Assembly (NCBI GenBank): GCA_900321715.1 | Contig: ONXC01000008.1 | Span: forward strand, 17,677-81,676 | Reading direction: 5' to 3' | DNA: 64,000 bases | Source: an uncultured Bacteroidales bacterium | GTDB taxonomy: Bacteria > Bacteroidota > Bacteroidia > Bacteroidales > UBA932 | Shown here: positions 39,667 to 48,589 of the stretch, piece by piece | How positions within the stretch are numbered: the first letter of the stretch is position 1 | How the letters are laid out: every line of letters begins with the position of its first letter | The notes under the pieces: model-generated | The model's database searches: none | The model's input: the letters and a program-made list of their open reading frames with translations, nothing else | Told to the model about the DNA's origin: nothing | Translations under genes and position numbers: made by a program

Positions 39667-39747
39667 GACAAATTAAAAAACCCCGCCTGAGCTAATCGAC
39701 TGTCAGACAGGGCATTAAGACCGTGTTACAAATTTGCAACCCTCTTT

Positions 39748-40158
39748 TTATTTTGAAACATTGTCCAGCGGAAGCCCCAAGTGCTTGGCCACAGTATTGA
39801 GAAGTTTATCCATCACTATGGGCTTTGTGATGAAATCATCGGCACCAAGATTAAAGGCCTTTACAATGTCCTCGTTTGAGTTCAGGGCCGACAGCACAAT
39901 TATCTTAACATCCTTCCACGCAGGGTTCTCCCTTACGGCCTCTATTACCTCAAAACCGTCCATGAGCGGCATAAGGATATCAAGCAGAACAAGGGCCGGC
40001 TTCTGATAGTAGAATTCCTTCATGCACTCCAGCCCGTTTTCACACTGGTGTACGTTGAAATTGAAGTTACCAAGCATCTTTTCCACCAGAACACGGTTCA
40101 GGGGGACATCATCTACGATAAGGATGCGGAACTGGGAGAAATCTAGATTACTGCGCAT
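39748..40158 (-). CDS. Stand-alone response-regulator receiver (CheY-like)
   Basis: ILIVDD, LLDILMPLMDG, LSA and FITKP motifs; 136 aa with no output domain; overlaps the end of the AraC gene. Confidence 0.92.
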   Translation of the reverse strand: MRSNLDFSQFRILIVDDVPLNRVLVEKMLGNFNFNVHQCENGLECMKEFYYQKPALVLLDILMPLMDGFEVIEAVRENPAWKDVKIIVLSALNSNEDIVKAFNLGADDFITKPIVMDKLLNTVAKHLGLPLDNVSK

Positions 40159-41476
40159 TCTGACGGTCCCTCGCTACCAGCCACACCTTGGGAGTCATGC
40201 CGGTAATTTTCTTGAAATTGTTATTGAACGACGACGCGCTGAGGAAGCCGCAGGCCTGTGCAACCTCCGACTGCTTTGCGTCACGGTGATTGAGGAGGTA
40301 CTGCTCTGCGTAATCTATCCTGAGAGTGTTCAGAAGCTCAGGGAAACTCAGGTTGTAGGTGTTGTTGACCAGTTTGGAGATGTACGTCTTGTTGGTGTGA
40401 AGGCGCTCTGCGATGTCTCCAAGGCTCAGGCTGGGCTGCAGGAACAGTTGCTCGTTGACCATGAGGTTCTGGAAACGCGCCAGGAGGCTGTCATCCCACG
40501 ATCCCGCAACGCTGGAGAAGAGTTTTTCCTTCACTGCGGTCATCTCTGCGGGGGTCATCTGGTCCATATGGAGCGTTTCCCCTATCTTTTCCTGGAAACG
40601 AAGCAGGGCGTCTTGCTCCGCCTCATCCAGGAGTTCGTCCATCATCATCTCCACAATGGGGCCCTTGATGGACTGATTGTAGTTATAGAACATTACGTGC
40701 TGGGCCTGGACAAGGGTAACCTTCTTCTTCTCCCCTAAAAGCGAGCAAAGCATAAAGGCAAAGCACCATGAGCTTACGATAACGGCCTGTAGAATAGCTA
40801 TCCAGGGATGGGAATCGAAGATATCCTTGAAGAAAAGCACCTTTGAGAGGATGTAGACACCGGCTATAATCATGGTAGAAAGCTGAAGTTCCACAACACG
40901 GACACTTTCTCCATTACGGAAATAGCGCCACACGTTGAGAAAACTGATCTTGTGCCTGATCATGAACCCGATGGTGTAGACAATTGCTACGGTAAACTCT
41001 ACGCCCACGATGATCCTGTATCCAAGCGAAGCCCATAGGAAATACTCCCATTCCAGCTGTCCCTTGTACTGTGCGGCAATCCCGGGGCCTTCAGTGTAAA
41101 GGCGCCACAGGAAAGAAGCCACGGCGTCACGGCCCATTGCTCCGGTAAGCGCCAGTGTGGCGAAGAGCAGGGAAATGGGGATGAGGGCCCAAAGGTATTG
41201 AATGGGGCGGAAACGCCTGTGCCAGCGGATCTTATCAAAATACAGCCATAAAAGCGGAATCACGCTGGGACCTGCCAGCGTGGACATGATGTGACTGTAA
41301 ACAACCATGTATGTGTTTCTTCCGGGGGTGGAATAAATGGCGTCTGCGGCAAAATACATCATAAGGACTACCAACAGGGTTGTCAGTAGCCAGTACGTAC
41401 TTGTTCTTCTGGATAGGAAGAAGATTATGAATATCCAGAAGAGACAAGTGGCGGCGGGAAGAAATAGCAGAATCAT
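40148..41476 (-). CDS. Polytopic membrane AraC-family regulator
   Basis: Multiple N-terminal TM helices; LFLQPSLSLGDIAERLHTNKTYIS...LRIDYA...CGFLSASSFNNNFKK. Confidence 0.9.
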   Translation of the reverse strand: MILLFLPAATCLFWIFIIFFLSRRTSTYWLLTTLLVVLMMYFAADAIYSTPGRNTYMVVYSHIMSTLAGPSVIPLLWLYFDKIRWHRRFRPIQYLWALIPISLLFATLALTGAMGRDAVASFLWRLYTEGPGIAAQYKGQLEWEYFLWASLGYRIIVGVEFTVAIVYTIGFMIRHKISFLNVWRYFRNGESVRVVELQLSTMIIAGVYILSKVLFFKDIFDSHPWIAILQAVIVSSWCFAFMLCSLLGEKKKVTLVQAQHVMFYNYNQSIKGPIVEMMMDELLDEAEQDALLRFQEKIGETLHMDQMTPAEMTAVKEKLFSSVAGSWDDSLLARFQNLMVNEQLFLQPSLSLGDIAERLHTNKTYISKLVNNTYNLSFPELLNTLRIDYAEQYLLNHRDAKQSEVAQACGFLSASSFNNNFKKITGMTPKVWLVARDRQNAQ

Positions 41477-42571
41477 CTAGAAGGTGTCGTTATTTTCATA
41501 AATTTTTGTCTCCCAGCCACTTACCGACGGGGCAAAAGTAATTTCAGTGTATATGCTGCTAAGATCCAGACCAATATGGAAAGTATACTGGCGTCCGTAC
41601 ACAAATACATTGTCCGGGAGGAGTCCGTAAATCATGTAACGGAGTGTCTGGTCTTTAAGGGGTTCATAGTAGAATCCATTAAGGTTAAATCCTTCAACAT
41701 CAAAGACAACCTCAACGAACTGCCTTCCCATGAGGATCTCATCCGGGATGGAATAGAAGCGATGGGAATCTGCCAAACGGTCTTCAAGGGTATCGTAGCC
41801 CACAAATTTCTCATTCTCAGAGCCAACACCAACCTTGGCGTCACCATCAAACACCACAACGTTCCTGTAATAACCCTGGCGGTGCCAGATACCCTGGCTC
41901 AGGGTGACGTCATTGACAAATACGCCGGCCGATGCAACCTTATGGGCAACCAGTTTCCGGAGGTGGATCAGGCCCTGTAGCTCAGGCTTGGGGGTTACAT
42001 CACAGATGCAGAATCCAATGTCATTTGTGATATGCTGGAATTCAAGGGGAATCATATTGAGCTGATTAACAGCCATTTCAACGGTCTTGGACACAAGAGG
42101 ACCGGCGTCAGTCTCTTCAACCGTATAGGGAATATGATATGCCTGGAGATCATCCTCATACGTTACATTATGGACGTAAGGATAATAGGCGCTGAAGGAA
42201 ATATTGTTATCCTTCAACTTGTCCCAGGTATAGGACTCGAAGAAAGTGCTGTAGGAATCTCCGTTTGAATGGACGGAAACATTGTCAAGCACAAGGGCAT
42301 TATTCTCATAATCTATACCCACAAGGCCGAAGGGAAGATCCGAAGACATTGTTGCGATCATATTGTCATTCTGATCAACGGCCTTAGTGGCAGGACCCTT
42401 GGTGGCGGTGCGTTCAGGAGAGATAGACTCACCTTCACGCGTAACCTCTATATCAAAACCTACCTTCTGGGGTTTTGAGCCGGGAAGAGACATATCATTC
42501 TCCATCTTGAGGCAGGAAGACAGTGAAATGAGGGCCAGAGGCACTAGGAATATGTGTATATAGGTTTTCAT
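41477..42571 (-). CDS. Fimbrillin-family (BF2867/Mfa-like) lipoprotein heading the regulatory operon
   Basis: Lipobox LSSC; TATKGPATKA; FSAYYPY; LEFQHI; YGRQYTFHI; FAPSVSGW. Confidence 0.78.
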   Translation of the reverse strand: MKTYIHIFLVPLALISLSSCLKMENDMSLPGSKPQKVGFDIEVTREGESISPERTATKGPATKAVDQNDNMIATMSSDLPFGLVGIDYENNALVLDNVSVHSNGDSYSTFFESYTWDKLKDNNISFSAYYPYVHNVTYEDDLQAYHIPYTVEETDAGPLVSKTVEMAVNQLNMIPLEFQHITNDIGFCICDVTPKPELQGLIHLRKLVAHKVASAGVFVNDVTLSQGIWHRQGYYRNVVVFDGDAKVGVGSENEKFVGYDTLEDRLADSHRFYSIPDEILMGRQFVEVVFDVEGFNLNGFYYEPLKDQTLRYMIYGLLPDNVFVYGRQYTFHIGLDLSSIYTEITFAPSVSGWETKIYENNDTF

Positions 42572-42597
42572 ATGATTTCTGTCATAAATATCTGTTG

Positions 42598-42628
42598 CAA
42601 ATTTAGCAATTATTTTTAAAGAAACAAA
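42598..42628 (-). promoter_or_regulatory. Consensus Bacteroidetes promoter, leftward
   Basis: TTTG (42628-42625), 19 nt, TAAATTTG (42605-42598). Confidence 0.7.
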
Positions 42629-43100
42629 AATTATTTGAAAAAATTTGCGATTTTATAATAAATAGGGCAAAACATGCGCAGAATAGCCCAGAAAGGCGAT
42701 TATTGCAAGGATAAAAAGACATCTCCGGAACGAAACAGCGCGAAACAGGAGATCTAGTATCTTGAAAAGAAATAACAATGATTTTTATAATTAATTAAGA
42801 AAAAAAACATCTATGGCACAGAGCTTGATTATATACTCCGCACACGCGCGCGCACGCATGTATATATTATAAGGTATAGGGAATAAGGCCCAAAAACAGG
42901 CCGGATATACCAGAAAACAGAGGTGGATATTGTTAATAAATTATTCTGTTTTTAGAAATTTTTATGATTTTGAAATGCGCAAAATATTGCAAAAACGTAA
43001 AAAACTCTTTGTCAAAACGCGTAAAAAGCCAGTGTGTTGCGCTGTGGTGTTTAATCGAAACGCGTCGAAACATTTCGATACTGTATAATAACCCCTTATA

Positions 43101-43109
43101 CCCCCCCCC
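43101..43109. repeat. C9 homopolymer in the divergent promoter region
   Basis: TATA-CCCCCCCCC-AGGGG within an otherwise AT-rich intergenic region. Confidence 0.85.
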
Positions 43110-43200
43110 AGGGGCCCTACAGGGCACTTTTTACTCGAAATAACTAATATTCCGATATTTCAAGAAAAAGCATAATTCTTTCAAAAAAAGTTAAAAATAA

Positions 43201-43231
43201 TTTGCAGATTCAAAAATTTGGTGTATATTTG
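43201..43231 (+). promoter_or_regulatory. Consensus Bacteroidetes promoter of operon C
   Basis: TTTG (43201-43204), 19 nt, TATATTTG (43224-43231). Confidence 0.72.
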
Positions 43232-43316
43232 CATGCTTTTAATCATCGCACACGCGTACGCGAGGCTAAAAAGATGAAAGAAATAAACCGGTAACTCTTT
43301 CATAAACAACTGAAAA

Positions 43317-46058
43317 TTGAGAACTTACGTTCATAACATCCTGAAAGCAGCAAGCGCTGCGGGCCTCAAGCTCGCACTGTGCCTTGTTATGCTCCTTCTG
43401 AGCGTTTTTTCTTTACGCGCGCAGGATAAGCAGGATAAGCAGGATAATGTGACGCGTGTGAAGGTTCTCTTCCCGTTCGACTCTGATTCCGTAATGGTGA
43501 GCTACCGCAATAACGCCGCTCAGCTTTCAGTTATTAGCAATTCCGTTGAAAATCTTCCCGCAGATGCCAAGGTTTCCGTCACTTCCTTCTCCTCACCTGA
43601 AGGAAATCTGGCATACAACCGCAATCTCTCCGTCCGCAGGGCAAAGGCCATGAAGGCTTACCTTACAAGCATCAACCCTTCCATCAACGTTGAACTCCAT
43701 CCCGGAGAGGAAGCCTGGGGTGAGCTCCGTGAATCCGTGATCTCTGACTCCCGTCTCCAGGAGAACGTGCGCAAGGCCGTCCTCGAGATCATCGACAACA
43801 ATGAAGAGTTTGACGTAAAGGAAAAGCAGCTTGCCGCTCTGCCCCAGTACAAGACCCTTTACGCCAACTATTTCAAGCAGCTCCGCTACGCAGTAATCGA
43901 GCTGAGAATTGAAAATTCTGCAAAATCTGATGATTCTCACGCAAATTCTGAAATCTCAGAAAATGAGGAAAAAGCTTCTGAAAAGACCGTCAGAACTGTA
44001 AAAACTGACTCTCTCACAGTTTATTACGCCAAGTCAGAGGACTTCATCCGTCCTTCCTACATGGGTAATGACGCCACCATGAAGGATATCATCCGTATCC
44101 TCAAGGCCGGTAACGTAAAGAGCATGGTCATTGAGGGCTCAACCTCTCCTGACGGCCCTGCAAAGGTAAATGAGCGTATGGCAGAGGACCGCGCAGAGAA
44201 CCTGAAGAATTACATTCTTGGAATGTTCCCTGAGATGGACGGCAAGATTACAGTAATCTCCAGAGTAAATTCTGAAGATGATGCAACGAATGAGGAAGAT
44301 CTTGCATCCATGCGCTACGCCCGCATTGTTAGTATGGAGGTAGAGGAAGAAACTATAGTTTCTGACGGTTCCGAATCAACTGACAATACAGAAATTTCAG
44401 AACCGGAAACCGAGACCATCCCTGAGGACAAAATTGCAATTGAAAACGCAACAGACACCCTTCAGGTTCGTGATACAACGGCCCAAAAAGAAAAGAGGCC
44501 CCGCAACACTGTAGTAGCTCTCAAGACCAACCTTCTCTTCGACGCAGTTACCGCCCTCAACTTTGAGGTGGAGGTCCCCATCGGAAAGCGCTTCTCCGTT
44601 ATGGTAGAGGATGTCTTCCCCTGGTGGGAAACTGGTAACAAGTACTGCTTCCAGGTATGGGAGATGGGCGTTGAAGGCCGTTTCTGGTTCAAGCCCTGGA
44701 AGAATATCGGCACAGAGAAACTCCGCGGTCTGTTTGTAGGCCCTTATGTAATGAGCGGCAAGTACGACTTCCAGTTCGACAAAAGCATCAACTACCAGGG
44801 AGAATTCTGGAGCGTGGGCCTTACCGCCGGTTATTCCCTGCCCCTTGGCAAGAAAAAGTGGGGAAACCTTGAGTTCAGCCTTTCCCTCGGTTACCTCCAG
44901 TCCCCGTACAGGCACTACCTCCCTACCGACGACTACGTTAAGCTTATCCATGATCCTGCCCTTGACGGCACGTTCTACATACGCATACTTCTGGCCGCCG
45001 TCCTTGTGATGGTTTCCTTCAGCGCCTGCCACCGCAGGCCTCTGGAAGAGCCCAGCAGCGCTGTGAGGATTGCCATCAAGGTAGACGTTAAAACTGTTAC
45101 CAACGTCAACGCCAATATCCGTACGTCCGTAAAGCTTTACGGCACCAATACATCCCTCTGGGAAGAAAAACTTTCCCAGCTGGATCCTGACCTCATGCGA
45201 GTTCTTGTCTATGACCCACAGACAGATAAACTCCTCACCCAGAGCTTCATATCCTCTACGGAAATCGATGAGGAAGGCAACAAGGTATTCATGGGAAGCC
45301 TCGGTATCAGCCACGGAGACTATAATTTCCTGGTATACAACTTCGACACCCCCACCACGCAGGTAACCCAGGAGAACACGGAATCCACCATCCTCGCCTA
45401 CACCGACGAAGTCTCAGATGCCGTCAAGGCAAAGTATTTCGGCACCAAGGCCGAAGAAGACTACGAGAACGTCAACATCCACTATGAGCCGGAGCACCTC
45501 CTTGTGGCAAATGAGAAAGATGTCCGCATATCCCCCCACGACACCCTTGTAGTTGTCCGCACAGAGGCCTCTACCGTGGTTGACACCTACTATCTGCAAG
45601 TCCGCGTGAAGGGCATGCAGTTTGCGTCTTCGGCAACCGCCGTCATTTCCGGTCTTTCTCCGTCCAACCATATCGGCTTCAATCTCAGGACCGTAGATCC
45701 TTCGGCCGCAGTTGTATTCGACATGCAGAAGGGCCAGGACCTCAGCCTGGAAGGAGAAAACAAGGACATCCTCTGCGCCGTATTCAACACCTTCGGCAAA
45801 ATTGAGGACATTTCCTCAGACCTGATTGTTACTTTCAATGTTGTCGACACAGAAGGTAATCTCCGCCAATACAGTGCAAACCTGGACACCGTCTTCCAGA
45901 CAGAAGAGGCAATCCTGTACCACTGGCTTATTATTGACGAGTCCTACTTCATAATCGACATCCCGGACCCCCAACCCAATCCTAACCCCGGTGGCAACGG
46001 CGGATTCCAGCCCCAGGTGGATGACTGGGAGGAAGAAGAAGGAACAATGATTTTGTAA
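43317..46058 (+). CDS. In-frame fusion of an OmpA-like x2/DUF3575 protein and a DUF5119/Mfa2-like anchor lipoprotein
   Basis: Signal peptide; SSPEG and TSPDG OmpA-like motifs; KTNLLFDAV...PWW barrel; then an internal lipoprotein signal IRILLAAVLVMVSFSAC (Cys571) followed by HRRPL, FNTFG and GGFQPQVDDW. Confidence 0.75.
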   Translation: MRTYVHNILKAASAAGLKLALCLVMLLLSVFSLRAQDKQDKQDNVTRVKVLFPFDSDSVMVSYRNNAAQLSVISNSVENLPADAKVSVTSFSSPEGNLAYNRNLSVRRAKAMKAYLTSINPSINVELHPGEEAWGELRESVISDSRLQENVRKAVLEIIDNNEEFDVKEKQLAALPQYKTLYANYFKQLRYAVIELRIENSAKSDDSHANSEISENEEKASEKTVRTVKTDSLTVYYAKSEDFIRPSYMGNDATMKDIIRILKAGNVKSMVIEGSTSPDGPAKVNERMAEDRAENLKNYILGMFPEMDGKITVISRVNSEDDATNEEDLASMRYARIVSMEVEEETIVSDGSESTDNTEISEPETETIPEDKIAIENATDTLQVRDTTAQKEKRPRNTVVALKTNLLFDAVTALNFEVEVPIGKRFSVMVEDVFPWWETGNKYCFQVWEMGVEGRFWFKPWKNIGTEKLRGLFVGPYVMSGKYDFQFDKSINYQGEFWSVGLTAGYSLPLGKKKWGNLEFSLSLGYLQSPYRHYLPTDDYVKLIHDPALDGTFYIRILLAAVLVMVSFSACHRRPLEEPSSAVRIAIKVDVKTVTNVNANIRTSVKLYGTNTSLWEEKLSQLDPDLMRVLVYDPQTDKLLTQSFISSTEIDEEGNKVFMGSLGISHGDYNFLVYNFDTPTTQVTQENTESTILAYTDEVSDAVKAKYFGTKAEEDYENVNIHYEPEHLLVANEKDVRISPHDTLVVVRTEASTVVDTYYLQVRVKGMQFASSATAVISGLSPSNHIGFNLRTVDPSAAVVFDMQKGQDLSLEGENKDILCAVFNTFGKIEDISSDLIVTFNVVDTEGNLRQYSANLDTVFQTEEAILYHWLIIDESYFIIDIPDPQPNPNPGGNGGFQPQVDDWEEEEGTMIL

Positions 46059-46103
46059 AAAAGTGACTAGGAATAAGATTTGATAAGAATAGATAAAACA
46101 ACA

Positions 46104-47186
46104 ATGAAAAAATGGTTTGACATAGCAGTTCTTGGAATTCTGGTGAGCCTTGTGGCCTGCACCAAGACCGAGAACACAGCTGCCCCGGAGGCTATAAGCT
46201 ACACCGTGGGCCGCTATGCCACAGCCACTAAGGCCGATACCCACTCAGAGTACCGTACCGCCGAAGGTCTGGAGGTGTTCCAGAGCAAGGCCTTCCTCCA
46301 CACTGAAGGTGCAGCCGAAGGTACTCTGTTCTTCAATTCGGCCATTAGCTGGGACGGCGCCACATGGTCACCGGAGCGTGACTACTACTGGCCCAAGCAC
46401 CCCCAGAGTTACCTCAACTTTGTGTCTTGGTACGCCAATGACGGCAGCGCCAACATTACTCCGGATACTGTCACTGAGACTCAGTTCCAGATCCTGAACC
46501 GCACAGTGGGCGCCAATGACCGCATCCTTGTGGCAGACGAGGCTTGGAAGCAGAAAGCAAATATCAACACCTACTACACTTCCGGTGTTCCCACTCTCTT
46601 CCGCCATGTCCTTTCCCGCGTAAAGGTGAATATGAAAGCCACCACGCTCACAGACCCGGAGCTTGCAAACGTCACCTATGAGGTCACCCTCCAGGATGCA
46701 AAATTTGAAGGCGTGTTCCAAAAAGGAAACATGAAGCTTCTCAATAGCGCCCTGGCAGATACCGGTACCCGCAAGTGGTACAGCACAGAAAGCGCCACTT
46801 ACCTTTGGAAGACTGTTGTCGGCAGCAATGAAGACGCCATTGATTTTGTGGATTCAAACACTAACGTCACCACCACTTACAATGCCATTCTTCCGGAACG
46901 CAGCTTTATTCCCCAGGCACTTGGAGACGGTATTAAGCTTACAATCACCTACTCCGTTACCACAAAGAGCAACGGAACCATTACGGCAACCGAAAGCGAC
47001 ATTCCTGCAACCATCGTAATGAACACAATCAAGAACACCTCTGACGTAGCAATTACCCAGTGGGTTCCCAACAAGATATACACATACAACATAGCAATCA
47101 ACCCCGTAGGCAAGGAAATCCTCCTCAACCCCACCGTTGAAACCGAATGGACCTTTGCCGAGGACATTAACGTAACAGTTGAATAA
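46104..47186 (+). CDS. Fimbrillin-family lipoprotein 1 of 6
   Basis: Start re-called to ATG 46104 (MKKWF); lipobox LVAC; ATKA; YYWPK; GVPTLFRH; W..N..Y.YNI. Confidence 0.85.
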   Translation: MKKWFDIAVLGILVSLVACTKTENTAAPEAISYTVGRYATATKADTHSEYRTAEGLEVFQSKAFLHTEGAAEGTLFFNSAISWDGATWSPERDYYWPKHPQSYLNFVSWYANDGSANITPDTVTETQFQILNRTVGANDRILVADEAWKQKANINTYYTSGVPTLFRHVLSRVKVNMKATTLTDPELANVTYEVTLQDAKFEGVFQKGNMKLLNSALADTGTRKWYSTESATYLWKTVVGSNEDAIDFVDSNTNVTTTYNAILPERSFIPQALGDGIKLTITYSVTTKSNGTITATESDIPATIVMNTIKNTSDVAITQWVPNKIYTYNIAINPVGKEILLNPTVETEWTFAEDINVTVE

Positions 47187-47220
47187 ACAAGAAATATAAA
47201 CAAATAAAACAACTACAAAA

Positions 47221-48489
47221 ATGAAAAAGCTTTACACAATCCTTGCAATTGCAGCAGTAGCTGCTGTCGGTTGCTCCAAAGTTGAGACACCCGAGACCAC
47301 TCCCGATGTAAAGATTGGCTTCCAGGTGGCCGATTACGCTGTTCAGACCAAGGCCAATGTCAGCCTGGTTAACGAACTGAATACTCTTGGACTCGACAAA
47401 GAATTCCAAAGTGTTGCTTACATTAATGCCGCTAACGCTGGAGGTACTGTTGATGATCCTGTCAAGTTCTTTACAGCCGTCGCTAACGGTATCGAAACAG
47501 TAAAATACAATGGCTCAAACGCATGGGAGCCTGAGCACACTTACTATTGGCCAAAGGCTGCAAAGAGTAACCTGGACTTCTTCTCTTGGTTTGATGCTAC
47601 AGGCACTCCCACTCTTACTTATGATGGCAGTGCCGCTCCCACTCTCGTGTGGACAAATCGTGACGTTGCTCTCAAGGACAACGTAATGTATGCCGATGCC
47701 GCTTGGCACTACAAACAAAACGAAGAGACTTACAAGCTTGATGGCGTTACAGAAGGTGTTCCTACTCTATTCCATCATGCTCTTGCACAGGTGGCATTCA
47801 CCGCTTCAGTGACCAAAACTCAGGAAGAAGACACTAAGAACCCTGGAAATTACACTTTCTGGACTGTAAAACTCTCCAATGTTTCCATCGTAGACGATGC
47901 CATCCAGAGCAACGGTGATCTCAAGCTTGTTCAGCCGTCCATTAAATCCGAAAAAGGGACACAGGCTTGGAATCTCAACGGCACCAATAAAGCTAATTTG
48001 ATTTGGGACGACAATGCATCGGTGAACTATCTTACAGATCTTGACGAGACCACAGTATTCAATACTGACGTTGCCAAAGGCAATACTGCTCTCACCACAA
48101 CAAAAGTTAAGATGACTACTGCCGACACATACATGCCTAACAATTTCTTCACCGTCCGTCCTCAGACTGTTACCGATGGCATCACACTGAAATTCAAATA
48201 TACTATTGTCACCAAATATGGCGCTGACGAAGGCTCAGCTACTACCGTAAGCACTGAAACCATCGATATAACAGATGCTGATTTCATCACAACATACGGT
48301 GCTCCCTATACAGTTAACGGTATTAAGCTTAATGGCATCACCGGTGGATTTCCTTACTGGCAGATGAATCATAAGTACATTTACAATATCATCATCAATC
48401 CTGCCCTCAACAAGATTCTCTACGATCCTGCTGTTGTTGAATGGGAAACTGAATCTAACGCAAATCAGACTGTTCCCCAGGCATCCTAA
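47221..48489 (+). CDS. Fimbrillin-family lipoprotein 2 of 6
   Basis: Lipobox AVGC; QTKA; YYWPK; GVPTLFHH; YDPAVVEW. Confidence 0.85.
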   Translation: MKKLYTILAIAAVAAVGCSKVETPETTPDVKIGFQVADYAVQTKANVSLVNELNTLGLDKEFQSVAYINAANAGGTVDDPVKFFTAVANGIETVKYNGSNAWEPEHTYYWPKAAKSNLDFFSWFDATGTPTLTYDGSAAPTLVWTNRDVALKDNVMYADAAWHYKQNEETYKLDGVTEGVPTLFHHALAQVAFTASVTKTQEEDTKNPGNYTFWTVKLSNVSIVDDAIQSNGDLKLVQPSIKSEKGTQAWNLNGTNKANLIWDDNASVNYLTDLDETTVFNTDVAKGNTALTTTKVKMTTADTYMPNNFFTVRPQTVTDGITLKFKYTIVTKYGADEGSATTVSTETIDITDADFITTYGAPYTVNGIKLNGITGGFPYWQMNHKYIYNIIINPALNKILYDPAVVEWETESNANQTVPQAS

Positions 48490-48500
48490 TGACATATTTA

Positions 48501-48535
48501 TCCCGGGCCGGCTGACCCTGACCCGGGGTACCAAC
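48501..48535 (+). other. Conserved intergenic GC hairpin, copy 1
   Basis: TCCCGGGCCGG-CTGAC-CCTGACCCGGGG followed by TACCAACAAAA; no U-tract. Confidence 0.7.
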
Positions 48536-48589
48536 AAAACAAATTAAAAATTGAAACTAAATTATTAACAATTAACTTTTTAAAGTATT

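Noticed and set aside
42572-43316. Invertible promoter switch
   Set aside because: No long inverted repeats flanking either promoter were found, the CGCACACGCG copies are direct, and no recombinase is encoded in the window.
43421-43448. 9-bp triple repeat (QDK-QDK-QDN), and the Pro/Glu/Val repeats at about 7240-7410, as phase-variation switches
   Set aside because: The units are in frame and encode low-complexity linkers, so copy changes would not switch expression.
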